Of a DNA stretch of 64,000 bases, positions 8,856 through 18,150 are shown piece by piece. Made by a program: the position numbers and the translations under genes. A model generated the notes under the pieces. It searched no databases and was not told the DNA's origin. It was given only the letters and a program-made list of their open reading frames with translations. The stretch's first letter is position 1; each line of letters opens with the position of its first letter. The stretch comes from an uncultured Candidatus Binatia bacterium (lineage in GTDB: Bacteria > Desulfobacterota > Binatia > Bin18): contig OZ244620.1 of NCBI GenBank assembly GCA_965218395.1, forward strand, positions 2,961,546 to 3,025,545, written 5' to 3'.

Positions 8856-9755
8856 CTATTTGGCCGCATCGACCGGGCGTTCACCCTCAGATATATGTCC
8901 CACCTGGGTCCGGAAGGCGTTGACGGTATTGCTCATGAGCATGGACACGGTGACCGGCCCGACGCCGCCTGGAACCGGCGTAATAAATGCGGCACGTTCT
9001 CTGGCCGCGTCAAATTCCACATCGCCCACCAGGTGTGAGCCCACCTGATTGATACCAACATCGATCACGGTCGCCCCAGGGCGGACCCAATCGCCCTTGA
9101 TCAGTGCGGGCGAGCCGACGGCCACAACCAGGACTTCTGCCCGACGGACATGCTCGGCTAACAGCCCCCGCTGCGCGGTCGCGATATGACACATGGTCAC
9201 GGTGGCCAGGCGGTCGACCAGCATCAGGCTGAGCGGCTTGCCCACCAGGTCGCTGTGTCCGACAATAACCGCCTCTTTGCCTTCCATATCGAGCCCGGTT
9301 GCGTCCAACAGGCGCATGACGGCCAGAGCGGTACAGGAGCCAATGCGTATCTCTCCGGTGACTGCCGCCCCGACATTCTCCGGATGGGTGCCATCCACAT
9401 CTTTCTGCGGGGCGATATGGTTGACCAGGACAGAGCGACGTAAATGCTCAGGCAGTGGCAGCTGAATGATCACCCCGGTGACTTCAGGGTCCTGGTTCAA
9501 CTGCTCCAAACGGCGCAGCACCTCAGCCTCTTGGGCGTTGTCCGGGAGGTGGTACCAGCGATACTCAATCCCCAGCCCGCGGGCAACCCGATTCATGGAT
9601 CGAATATAGACCTCGATAGCCGGGTTCGAGCCAATATAAATACTGACCAGAACGGGTCTGCGTTCGGTGCGCTGGATCAACTCTGAAATTTCCGCTCCAA
9701 GTTCCGCATAGACTGACTGGGCAATGAGCCGGCCTTTGACGATCTGAGCCCCCAT
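8856..9755 (-). CDS. folD: Bifunctional methylenetetrahydrofolate dehydrogenase/cyclohydrolase
   Basis: 299 aa, colinear with FolD throughout (GRLIAQSV...IQLPLP...VGKPLSLMLV...). Confidence 0.95.
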   Translation of the reverse strand: MGAQIVKGRLIAQSVYAELGAEISELIQRTERRPVLVSIYIGSNPAIEVYIRSMNRVARGLGIEYRWYHLPDNAQEAEVLRRLEQLNQDPEVTGVIIQLPLPEHLRRSVLVNHIAPQKDVDGTHPENVGAAVTGEIRIGSCTALAVMRLLDATGLDMEGKEAVIVGHSDLVGKPLSLMLVDRLATVTMCHIATAQRGLLAEHVRRAEVLVVAVGSPALIKGDWVRPGATVIDVGINQVGSHLVGDVEFDAARERAAFITPVPGGVGPVTVSMLMSNTVNAFRTQVGHISEGERPVDAAK

Positions 9756-9850
9756 GCCGAGACGGTATCATCTGACATAAACGGGCGGAAGCGGGCCGCC
9801 TAGCTCAGGCGCCGATTTCGTGATAGGCGGGGGGCGGAAAAGGGTGGCGC

Positions 9851-10021
9851 ATGAAGACATTTTTCGAGCGGTTTGTGGATGAGGTCGTCCGCAAGAGAGA
9901 CGCCGGGGAAATCGACGAGGAAAAGGCTCGGCAATGGATAGCCGAGGTCCAGCAACGGCTGGAGGAACACGCCGACCAGCACCCCAGTGCCCCCATTGTC
10001 CAAATGCCGCTGAAACACTAG
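9851..10021 (+). CDS. Small hypothetical protein (56 aa) upstream of ispG
   Basis: MKTFFERFVDEVVRKRDAGEIDEEKARQWIAEVQQRLEEH... It is below the ORF-track length cutoff, charged and helical with no low-complexity, and preceded by AAAAGGGTGG. Coordinates were read by eye. Confidence 0.3.
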   Translation: MKTFFERFVDEVVRKRDAGEIDEEKARQWIAEVQQRLEEHADQHPSAPIVQMPLKH

Positions 10022-10030
10022 ACCTCGGAA

Positions 10031-11176
10031 GTGACTGAAAGCATGCTGAAAAGAAAACCCACCCGTGCAGTCCGGATAGGCAAGGTCCAGGTTGGGGCGG
10101 GCGCCCCCATCGTTGTGCAGAGTATGTGCGCGACCAAAACAGCGGATATCGATGCCACCGTCGCCCAGGTGCATCAACTCGAAGAGGCCGGAGCGGGGAT
10201 TGTGCGTATTGCGGTGGACAACCCCAGAGAGGCCGCGGCCCTCAAGGAAATCCGCGCCCAGACCTCGGCGACCTTATCCGTCGATCTCCAGGAGAATTAC
10301 AAGGTTGCCGACCAGGTGGCCCCCTTTGTTGACAAAATCCGTTACAATCCCGGCCATCTGCATCATATTGAAAAGCGCAAAACCATTCCGCAAAAGGTCG
10401 CCTGGCTGGTTGCTGTCGCCCGAGAGCATGATGTCGGCGTCCGCATTGGCGTCAACTGTGGTTCGGTGGCGCCGGCCTTCCTTGAAAAATATCCCGGCGA
10501 TCAGATGGAAGCCCTGGTCCAATCAAGCCTGTATCACTGCCAGCTCATGGAGGACCTGCAATACGAGCGCTTTATTGTATCGCTCAAGGATTCCGACCCG
10601 GTCAAGGTCGTCGAAGCCAACACCCGGTTTTCCCAGGCGCGACCGGATGTCCCCCTCCATCTGGGCGTGACCGAAGCCGGCCTGCCGCCGGACGGCGTGA
10701 TCAAGAGCCGGGTCGCTTTTGAGAAACTGTTGGCCAACGGCGTGGGCGATACGATTCGGGTGTCCCTGACCCTGCCCAATGAGCGCAAACACGAGGAGGT
10801 CAACGCCGGCTTCAGCATTCTCGACGATGCTCAAAACGGTCGTTTCATCTCCGTCCCCGACTTCGGCAAGGGCCTGAATATCATCTCCTGCCCAAGCTGC
10901 TCGCGGGTTGAGAATGAGAAATTCGTCGAGCTCGCCCAGGAGGTCAAGGCCATGTCCGTCTATGCCAAGCGGCACGACATCACCATTGCCGTCATGGGTT
11001 GTCGGGTCAACGGCCCTGGAGAAACGGATGATGCGGACCTGGGTCTGTGGTGCGGACCGACAACGGTGAATCTCAAGAAGAAGAGCGTCAAGCTCGGCCA
11101 CTTCGGCTACGACGTTGTCCTGGACCGCCTCAGAGACGAGATTGACCAGCTGATTGCCGAGCGCCAGGCGGTGTAG
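10031..11176 (+). CDS. ispG: 4-hydroxy-3-methylbut-2-enyl diphosphate synthase
   Basis: 381 aa, colinear with IspG/GcpE ([18 protein letters not shown]...). GTG start. Confidence 0.95.
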   Translation: MTESMLKRKPTRAVRIGKVQVGAGAPIVVQSMCATKTADIDATVAQVHQLEEAGAGIVRIAVDNPREAAALKEIRAQTSATLSVDLQENYKVADQVAPFVDKIRYNPGHLHHIEKRKTIPQKVAWLVAVAREHDVGVRIGVNCGSVAPAFLEKYPGDQMEALVQSSLYHCQLMEDLQYERFIVSLKDSDPVKVVEANTRFSQARPDVPLHLGVTEAGLPPDGVIKSRVAFEKLLANGVGDTIRVSLTLPNERKHEEVNAGFSILDDAQNGRFISVPDFGKGLNIISCPSCSRVENEKFVELAQEVKAMSVYAKRHDITIAVMGCRVNGPGETDDADLGLWCGPTTVNLKKKSVKLGHFGYDVVLDRLRDEIDQLIAERQAV

Positions 11177-11182
11177 CAGCGC

Positions 11183-14041
11183 CTACTCGGCGGCTTCGGT
11201 TGCTTCGCCCGCGGCCCGCATTTTTTGTTCCAGGCGGGCACTGGCTTGGTCCAGGACTTGAGCCGCGCCCGGATTAGCGTCTTTGGCCCGTTGGAGCATC
11301 CGTAGCGCGTCCGCATAGCGTCCGACCTGCTCATAGGCAAAGGCCAGGTTCGACACATAATTGAAATCGTCCGGCCTCACCTGCACGGCCGCTTCGAGTG
11401 GGTCAAGCGCTTCTTCGTAGTGCTCCAATTTCAGTAAGGTCACCCCGAGCAGCTCCTGAACAAACGGATTGTCCGGTCGCAGTTGGGCGGCCAGCCGCGC
11501 TTTGGGCAGGAGGGCGCTCGGATTCGAGGAGTTGAGCAATTCCGCATAGCGGGCGACCAGCAGGTCCAGAAACTCCAGGGTGCTAATCTCGCGGTAATAG
11601 TCAATATCCTTATCCTCCGGGGTCAGGCGAGCAGCCTGGTCAACCTCGCTGAGGGCCGCGTACGAACGTTCGAGCGGATCATCCGTGCCCACCGCTTTGG
11701 AGCGCATGAAGAGGGCCCGGGCGAGCATGACCGTCGGTTCGACACCATACTGCTCGGCCAGGCGGTCCGGCTGAATATGGGGCAAGAGCCGCGCCAGGAT
11801 AAAGGGCATTGTTCCGGCAATGCCCAGCCGATTGAGCTCGGCAAACTCGACTGAGGTATGGTCGTCGGTCAGGAGCGGATAGTCATCGCTGACCAGGGCA
11901 TCAATACGCGGCCCATCAAAAATAATATGCTTGAGAATATCCTGCCCGCGGGTAATGCCAATCTCTTCCAGGTCGGCCCGGACCTCCGCACTGAGCCGAC
12001 TGAGACGTTGGTCCAGGACGGCGGGAGACAGGGCCAGGGGTTGTTTGGCTCCAACCAGCAGGGTGTAGCGGCTCGTGAACAGGAGCAGGGTCTCTGCGCG
12101 GAACACCTGCCGGAAGGTACGCAACACCGACAAATAATCGGTCGGCGCCATATTGTGTAAGGGCAGCCATTGGACATAGACGCCGGTGGCGTTCAGTTTG
12201 TCAGAGACCTGCTGGTAATATTCCAGCGTATACAGCATCCAGGACTCGGCCGCGGCCGGGTGAGTGGCGTCGGCCGTAATCGCGTCGTAGCGCTGGGGTG
12301 ACACCTTGAGATAGTTCCGCCCGTCGTCGGCAATCAGCGTCCAGTTCGTGCGTGCAACGACATTGCCGTTTTCGGCGCCGAAAAAATGCATGGCCGCCCG
12401 GACATCGGGCACAATGTCCACCGCTTCGACGCTCACGTCATGTTTGGTCACCGCTCCTAAGGTGATCCCGCCGCCGACCGCGTTGACCAGAACCCGTCGA
12501 GGCTCGGGCTGGAGCAGCAGGGGCAGGTGGCCCAGCAGCTTGAAGGTAGCGACGGCGTCCCGATGGGTGGGCACCTCCTCGATGCAGTTGATAAAAAGCT
12601 CCTTGATCTCACCGACCTGGAAAACGGCCAGGGTGCCGGATACGCCCTCCCGATAGAACAGCAGTTCCCCTTCGATATTCTCGAAGCGGTCGTACCATTT
12701 CATGAGCGTCAGCTCCTTGGGCACGAGCACGGCGACCACCAGGGTCGCTGCTGCGACGAGGCCACCCCCGGCCAGCCGGAGAGCCCCATAGGGTCGCGTC
12801 AGCACGAGCAAGAGGAGACCGGTGCAGACCGACAGGAGAGCCAGGCCGACCATGCCACTACTCAGTCCCAGCAGCGGAATCAATACCAGTCCGCCGCTCA
12901 GCGCGCCGCTCAGACTGCCGAAGGTATTGGCGGCAAAGACAAGGCCGGCAGCGCTGTGGGGCGAACGCCCGGTCTGGTCGCGAAAAAGATCAATCAGGAG
13001 GGGGACAACAAAGCCCGAAGCGATAGACGGAATAAGGGTCACGACCGCGGCTGCGGCAAAACGGACCAGACCCAGGGCGAGCCAGTGATTACCGCCGAGC
13101 TGACGACTGAGGTCGAGGGTGACATCGTGGAGCTGGTTGAACACACCTAACGAAACGAGAATCGCGGCAGCGCCAATGGCTTGAACCAGCAGAAACACCA
13201 GCGCCTTGGTCGGCTGGCTGGCGCGCGACGGCCCGCACGCAGCGTATAACCATGCCCCCAGGGCCAACCCGGCCAGGATGTCGGCCAGCACAACCGAGAA
13301 GGAATAGGTGTTGTTCGACACCACACAGATCAGGGTCCGCACCCATATGATCTGAAGCGCGAGGCCCGTAAATCCGGTGATAAACGGAAAAAAGAGTAAC
13401 CTGAGCGGGAGTAGAGAAGTTTGCTCAGTGGGCGCGGGCTGTTCGGCCGGCTGGTCCGATTGGGTGACGGGCCGGCGGGGTTGAGCCAGGGCAAGCAGAC
13501 AGATCACGGCATTGATCGCGGTTGCGATCAGCGTGGTCTGAAACACACCATAGGTCCGAATGAAAAAGACCCCGGCGAAAAACGCCCCGAGCACGGAACC
13601 GCTGGTATTGAGCGCGTACAAGAGCCCGACCCGGCGGCCGGTGCGTCCTTCCTGAGCGAGCTGTCGAGCCAGGGTGGGCAGGGTGAGTCCCATCAGCGTG
13701 GCGGGCAGCGCCAGGGCGAGCAGGGCAAGCACGATTTGCAGCGCAAAACTGCCGCCGGACGCCACATAGACCACGTCAAGCATTTTCAGCACAAAGGGAA
13801 AAATCAGGGCGAAGACGCCAATCAATCCTTCTGCCAGGCCATACACGACAAAGGGATGATAGCGGGACAGGCGGCGGCTTTGGCCGGCCATATAACCCAG
13901 GGCCAGACCCAGCATGAAGGCGGCGGTGACCACGGTGACGGCATAGGTCGACAGCCCGAACACGACGTGCAGCAGGCGTTCCCAGACTACTTCGTACAGC
14001 AGGGCGGTAAAACCGGACAGAAAGAAGAGGACAAGAATCAT
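11183..14041 (-). CDS. Fused polytopic membrane (MFS-like) / spermidine-synthase-like (PABS fold) / C-terminal TPR protein
   Basis: 952 aa. N-terminus MILVLFFLSGFTALLYEVVWERLL is typical of membrane-fused spermidine synthase-like proteins. About 12 predicted TM segments, a PABS-like block (VLVNAVGGGITLGAV...VDIVPDV), then TPR-like repeats. Confidence 0.8.
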   Translation of the reverse strand: MILVLFFLSGFTALLYEVVWERLLHVVFGLSTYAVTVVTAAFMLGLALGYMAGQSRRLSRYHPFVVYGLAEGLIGVFALIFPFVLKMLDVVYVASGGSFALQIVLALLALALPATLMGLTLPTLARQLAQEGRTGRRVGLLYALNTSGSVLGAFFAGVFFIRTYGVFQTTLIATAINAVICLLALAQPRRPVTQSDQPAEQPAPTEQTSLLPLRLLFFPFITGFTGLALQIIWVRTLICVVSNNTYSFSVVLADILAGLALGAWLYAACGPSRASQPTKALVFLLVQAIGAAAILVSLGVFNQLHDVTLDLSRQLGGNHWLALGLVRFAAAAVVTLIPSIASGFVVPLLIDLFRDQTGRSPHSAAGLVFAANTFGSLSGALSGGLVLIPLLGLSSGMVGLALLSVCTGLLLLVLTRPYGALRLAGGGLVAAATLVVAVLVPKELTLMKWYDRFENIEGELLFYREGVSGTLAVFQVGEIKELFINCIEEVPTHRDAVATFKLLGHLPLLLQPEPRRVLVNAVGGGITLGAVTKHDVSVEAVDIVPDVRAAMHFFGAENGNVVARTNWTLIADDGRNYLKVSPQRYDAITADATHPAAAESWMLYTLEYYQQVSDKLNATGVYVQWLPLHNMAPTDYLSVLRTFRQVFRAETLLLFTSRYTLLVGAKQPLALSPAVLDQRLSRLSAEVRADLEEIGITRGQDILKHIIFDGPRIDALVSDDYPLLTDDHTSVEFAELNRLGIAGTMPFILARLLPHIQPDRLAEQYGVEPTVMLARALFMRSKAVGTDDPLERSYAALSEVDQAARLTPEDKDIDYYREISTLEFLDLLVARYAELLNSSNPSALLPKARLAAQLRPDNPFVQELLGVTLLKLEHYEEALDPLEAAVQVRPDDFNYVSNLAFAYEQVGRYADALRMLQRAKDANPGAAQVLDQASARLEQKMRAAGEATEAAE

Positions 14042-14049
14042 ATCAGCCT

Positions 14050-14757
14050 TTATAGGGCGTTATGGAAAATAATGCCCAGGGTATAACGCTGCCCGGAGGT
14101 GACGGTGCTGACGCCGTGCCGGACGGTCAGCCGATAACATCCCCGTGTGCCGCGTACCGGACGATAGCGCGTGGTGAAAATGATACCTTCGCCTTGCTGC
14201 AGGGTGAACGCAATACCGCGCGACTGGGCTCGGGGGCGTTGTTCAACCAGCAGAAATTCTCCACCCGTATAGTCGGTCTGCGGACAGCTCAGAAAGAAGG
14301 CCAGTTGCAGGGGAAAGGCGACCGGCCCATACACGTCCTGATGTAAACAGTTGTAGCCGTCCTGTTCGTAATACAGCAGCAGCGGGGTCGGTTTGATCTG
14401 CCCCTGCTCTTGGCAGCGGGTCAGGAAACGCGCCAGCGTTGGGGGGAAGGTCTCGGGCTGCTTGAGGGCGGCCATCCAGCGATTCGCAATCCGGGCCAGG
14501 GGCGGATAGGCCTGCGTTCTGAGCTGGCTGACGAGCCGCGGCAGCGGGTCCGCAAAGTACTGGTACTCGCCGACGCCAAATCGATGCTGCGCCATATGCA
14601 CCCGCTTGCGAAATCGGGTGGGCTGCGCGTACAGACGCATGAGTGCCGCGCATTCCTCGGAGGTGAGAATCTGAGGCAGGGTGGCATAGCCCTGCGTCCA
14701 CAGAGACTCTTCTATGGCCTGCCAGCCGAGCTGAGATAAGCGCGTGTGACTCGTCAT
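14050..14757 (-). CDS. 2OG-Fe(II) dioxygenase family protein (PF10014-like)
   Basis: LLLYYEQDGYNCLHQDVYG ... RHGVSTVTSGQRYTL (HxD...H facial triad pattern). 235 aa. Confidence 0.65.
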   Translation of the reverse strand: MTSHTRLSQLGWQAIEESLWTQGYATLPQILTSEECAALMRLYAQPTRFRKRVHMAQHRFGVGEYQYFADPLPRLVSQLRTQAYPPLARIANRWMAALKQPETFPPTLARFLTRCQEQGQIKPTPLLLYYEQDGYNCLHQDVYGPVAFPLQLAFFLSCPQTDYTGGEFLLVEQRPRAQSRGIAFTLQQGEGIIFTTRYRPVRGTRGCYRLTVRHGVSTVTSGQRYTLGIIFHNAL

Positions 14758-14763
14758 CGGCTC

Positions 14764-16338
14764 CTACCGCGGTACCCAATCCGGCAGGCTGTCCAGCTCG
14801 ATCCCGAACGCCGGTACCCCAATCACATATAAAAGCCCGGTCAGAATAAGGATACTCAGGATATTGAGGCCGAAACCGGCCCAGAACATTTGGGGCAGAG
14901 TAACGGCGCCACTGGCAAAAATAATGGCGTTCGGCGCGGTGGCGGTTGGCAGCATAAAGGCAAAGGAGGCGGCGAAGGTGGCGGGGATCATGAGCAACAG
15001 CGGGTCAATCTCCAGGCCGGTCGCGGTGGCGGCGAGCACGGGCATGACCAGGGTGGTCGTGGCCGTATTGCTGGTGAACTCGGTCAGCCAGACCATGAGG
15101 GCGCACACGGAGAAGATGGCGACAAAAGGGGAGACATCCCGCAGAAAGGATAATTGTGAGCCGGCCCAGTTCGCCAGACCGGAATGCCCCACGCCCTCGG
15201 CCAGGGCGAGGCTGCCGCCCAGCAGCACCAGAATCCCCCACGGAATCTTGTTGGTGTCCGCCCAGGTCAGCAGGAACTCGCCCTTTTTTCGTCCGGACGG
15301 GACAAGAAACAGCAGGATGGCGGCCAATATGGCGACGGTCGAATCCTGGATGTGGTGCGGGTGGGGAAACAGACTGGCCCAGCCGGGTAGAGACAGCGCA
15401 CCGAGATCAATATCCTTCCTGAAAATCCAGAGCAGCACAGTGGTCAGCGATAACAGCAACACCCGCCGTTCTCCACCGCGTATGCGGCCGAGGTCCTGGA
15501 GCTGTTGGGCTAAAAAGGCTTGGTTATCCTGCCAGCCGGCGCTTGGCACCCGGAAATAGATATAGACCAGATAAAACCAGACGCTAACCACCATGAAGGC
15601 CGCGGTCGGCACACCAAACAGCATCCATTGGAAGAAACCGATATCCGGCGCGTTCGGAAAGAGCTTGGTAAACGCCCCCATGAACACGACGTTGGGCGGA
15701 GTGCCGACAGGGGTACTCACCCCGCCGATCGAGGCGCTATAGGCCAGGCCAAGCATCAGCGCGATGCCAAAGCCCTGGGTGGTGTCATAGCCTTGGCTGG
15801 CGGCATGATGCAGAACCGCCAGGGCGATAGGCAGCATGATAATGGTTGAGGCGGTATTGGACACCCACATGGAGAGCAGGGCGGTCGTACACAGAAAGCC
15901 GAGAATGAGCAACTGGGGCGAGCGGCCTATCTTGGACAGGATCAGCAAGGCGACCCGGCGGTGGAGCTGCCACTTTTCCATGGCGATGGCCAGAAAAAAG
16001 GCGCCAAAGAATAAGAAGACGATGTGATCGGCATAGGCGGTCGAGACCTCATGCGCGCTCAAGATATCGAGCAGCGGAAACAAGACGAGCGGGACGAGAC
16101 CCGTAACGGTAATATGGGTGGCCTCGGTAACCCACCACGTCCCCATCAGGACGACCACCCCCGCCGTGTGCCAGGCGATCAGACTCATATCAGCCGGTGG
16201 GCCGGTCAGGAGAAACAGCAGGAGCACTCCTATGCCGGTAAAGAGGCCAATCGCTTTACGTCGGCTATAGGCCGGCGGCTCGGACGGTGGCGCCTCTGAT
16301 GCGGGCGCGTCTGTTGCCGTTGTCTGAGTCATATGCAA
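14764..16338 (-). CDS. DASS/SLC13-family anion:Na+ symporter
   Basis: 524 aa polytopic membrane protein with DASS-like repeated hairpin regions. It ends 7 nt before the dioxygenase start, so it is in the same operon. The annotated start is a TTG; the ATG two codons in is also possible. Confidence 0.8.
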   Translation of the reverse strand: MHMTQTTATDAPASEAPPSEPPAYSRRKAIGLFTGIGVLLLFLLTGPPADMSLIAWHTAGVVVLMGTWWVTEATHITVTGLVPLVLFPLLDILSAHEVSTAYADHIVFLFFGAFFLAIAMEKWQLHRRVALLILSKIGRSPQLLILGFLCTTALLSMWVSNTASTIIMLPIALAVLHHAASQGYDTTQGFGIALMLGLAYSASIGGVSTPVGTPPNVVFMGAFTKLFPNAPDIGFFQWMLFGVPTAAFMVVSVWFYLVYIYFRVPSAGWQDNQAFLAQQLQDLGRIRGGERRVLLLSLTTVLLWIFRKDIDLGALSLPGWASLFPHPHHIQDSTVAILAAILLFLVPSGRKKGEFLLTWADTNKIPWGILVLLGGSLALAEGVGHSGLANWAGSQLSFLRDVSPFVAIFSVCALMVWLTEFTSNTATTTLVMPVLAATATGLEIDPLLLMIPATFAASFAFMLPTATAPNAIIFASGAVTLPQMFWAGFGLNILSILILTGLLYVIGVPAFGIELDSLPDWVPR

Positions 16339-16358
16339 AGCTCTGCGCAGGAGGACGT

Positions 16359-16754
16359 ATGAAAATTACCCGTTTCGTAGCAACCCCGACTGACGGGTCG
16401 CAGTTCGAGGAGATTGATATCCCGATCACGAACGAGCGACAAGATGCCGAAGGCCACACCCTGCTCTTATCCAACACCTATACCTCGCCGGGCGTATGTT
16501 TTGTCGATCTGCCCGCAGGGCTGAACCAGGACTGGCACCAGGCGCCAACGCGCCAGGTCGTTGTCGTCCTGTCCGGGACGCTGGAGGTCACTACCACGGA
16601 TAATCAGGTCCGGCAGTGGAGCAGCGGCGAAGCGTTTATCGCCGCCGATGTCACCGGCCAGGGCCACAAAACGCGCACGCTCGGGGGGCCGGCGCGGGTG
16701 ATGTTTGCGCCGCTGTCCGAGAACCTTTCCATGGAGAGCTGGTCGGAGGGGTAG
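16359..16754 (+). CDS. Cupin-domain protein
   Basis: MKITRFVATPTDG... with a GCAGGAGGAC RBS. Cupin-like beta-rich sequence. It is divergent from the transporter operon. Confidence 0.6.
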   Translation: MKITRFVATPTDGSQFEEIDIPITNERQDAEGHTLLLSNTYTSPGVCFVDLPAGLNQDWHQAPTRQVVVVLSGTLEVTTTDNQVRQWSSGEAFIAADVTGQGHKTRTLGGPARVMFAPLSENLSMESWSEG

Positions 16755-16828
16755 GTCGAAAGGGCGGAGTGCTTCCCCACCGCATGAACGTGTGCTGCCC
16801 ATGACGTCGCACGGCAGAGGAAGCTGCT

Positions 16829-16850
16829 CCCTCTCCCTGGGGGGAGAGGG
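16829..16850. repeat. Palindromic repeat CCCTCTCCC-TGGG-GGGAGAGGG
   Basis: Perfect 9-bp inverted repeat just downstream of the cupin gene. Confidence 0.5.
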
Positions 16851-16906
16851 CTGGGGTGAGGGGGCTTCGGGTCGGGCGTGTCTTTTGCATCAGACCCTTG
16901 GAACCC

Positions 16907-17368
16907 GTGACCATCATCCACACCTCTGAAAGCCGGCTGATCCCCTGCGCCAGAGCCCGCGTGTACGAGGCTAGCCTCGCCTTTGAAGACTATCCGTTGT
17001 GGTGGCCCCGAAAGTTTCACCCCCGGTTCCAATCCTCTCAACTGCCGGCCACGGACCGGCAACGGGTCGGCGACCGCCTCGCCTTTACCCCCGTACCCGG
17101 CATATGGACAGGCTGGGAAATGACCGCCGTTACCCCCGTGGAGCAGATTCGGGTCGCCTACTTTCAGGGCTTCCACACCGGCTGGGGGGTCTGGAGATTC
17201 GCCCCGTAACAGGAACACACCCTGGTCTCCTTTGAGATGCGGATCGTGCCCAAGAACCTGCTCTTCGGCCTGGTGTACCGACTGGCCAGGGTCCCCCGCA
17301 GGCATGCCGCCCATATGCAGGAGATATTCACCGGTCTGGAAGGCTATCTTCAGTGTTCGGTTCCTTGA
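16907..17368 (+). pseudogene. SRPBCC (polyketide cyclase/START-like) gene interrupted by an in-frame TAA
   Basis: The same frame continues across a TAA at 17207-17209 (...GWGVWRFAP*QEHTLVSFEMRIVPKN...). Both halves look like a single SRPBCC domain. Probable GTG start at 16907 (VTIIHTSES...). Confidence 0.45.
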
Positions 17369-17418
17369 GCCGAGCAGGAGCCTGGGGTAAGACCCCTGCA
17401 GGACTGTTGGAACGACGG

Positions 17419-17736
17419 TTACGCGGCTCCCTGCCGGATGGCAATAGCCTCGCGCAGGCCGTCCAGCAGTCCTTCCAGATGGGCCATGCGCTCGCGCAGT
17501 TCGGCGATTTGCTGCTCCAGGGCGGAGAACCGCTCGCTGAACTCCTGGCGCTGGGCGGCGATTTCCCGGCGGAGTTCCGCCAGTTCGGCACTGAAGTCCC
17601 GACGCTGGGCGGCCAGTTCCCGGCGATGCTCCGCCAGTTCGACGCGGATGGCCCGTTGCCCGCTCAGTATCAAGCCGGCCAGGGCTGCCCCGACCGCCAC
17701 GACGGCTATCAGGACGCTGATCAATCCAACGCTCAT
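17419..17736 (-). CDS. Small membrane-anchored coiled-coil protein
   Basis: N-terminal TM segment (LISVLIAVVAVGAALAGLIL) followed by two tandem ~18-aa charged repeats (ELAEHRRELAAQRRDFSA / ELAELRREIAAQRQEFSE). Confidence 0.45.
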   Translation of the reverse strand: MSVGLISVLIAVVAVGAALAGLILSGQRAIRVELAEHRRELAAQRRDFSAELAELRREIAAQRQEFSERFSALEQQIAELRERMAHLEGLLDGLREAIAIRQGAA

Positions 17737-17834
17737 GGCGGTTCACCATACCCCACCAACGAGAAGGAGGGCAAGCAGCGGCTTTGAGGTTGAAACAGGA
17801 ATCCTGCACTCCACAGAAAATGTCGAGGCAGGAG

Positions 17835-17866
17835 TTGACGCTTCCTGCAAATTGTATATACAATTT
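17835..17866 (+). promoter_or_regulatory. Candidate brnTA promoter (TTGACG-N18-TACAAT) overlapping an 18-bp perfect palindrome AAATTGTATATACAATTT
   Basis: The perfect palindrome at 17849-17866 overlaps the -10 region, ~27 nt upstream of the brnT ATG. This is a typical autoregulatory operator arrangement for an RHH antitoxin. Confidence 0.45.
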
Positions 17867-17892
17867 TAATAGGCCGACTCGGCGCGATCAAC

Positions 17893-18150
17893 ATGTACGA
17901 GTGGGATGGGGAGAAGCGTCAAGCCAATCTTGCCAAGCATGGCGTTGACTTTAGCGCGCTGGAGTTTTTTGAGCGGGAGACGGCCGTGGAGGCCGCGGAT
18001 GATCGGCACGACGAACCACGCTGGGTCGCTATCGGGTTCATCCGGCTCCAGCTTCATGTAGTCGTGTACACTGTCCGTAACCGGGCCGTTCGGGTCATCA
18101 GCCTCCGCAAAGCAACGCCGCAGGAGCGCAAGCGCTATGCCAAAACTTAA
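17893..18150 (+). CDS. brnT: BrnT-family toxin (DUF497, type II TA ribonuclease)
   Basis: MYEWDGEKRQANLAKHGVDF... matches the BrnT N-terminus. 85 aa. Confidence 0.75.
   Translation: MYEWDGEKRQANLAKHGVDFSALEFFERETAVEAADDRHDEPRWVAIGFIRLQLHVVVYTVRNRAVRVISLRKATPQERKRYAKT

Noticed and set aside
7661-17209. Possibility that in-frame stops reflect an alternative genetic code (e.g., code 4/25)
   Set aside because: Only one TGA and one TAA interrupt otherwise conserved frames. Long genes such as clpB, valS and the 952-aa fusion protein are uninterrupted, and TAA is a stop in all relevant codes. Sec recoding for the TGA, and a mutation or error for the TAA, are more parsimonious.
16604-17863. 419-aa minus-strand ORF with Gly/Arg/Pro-rich low-complexity translation
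   Set aside because: This is the kind of long spurious ORF that high GC produces. It runs antisense to the SRPBCC gene, the coiled-coil gene and several repeat hairpins, and it has no domain-like blocks.
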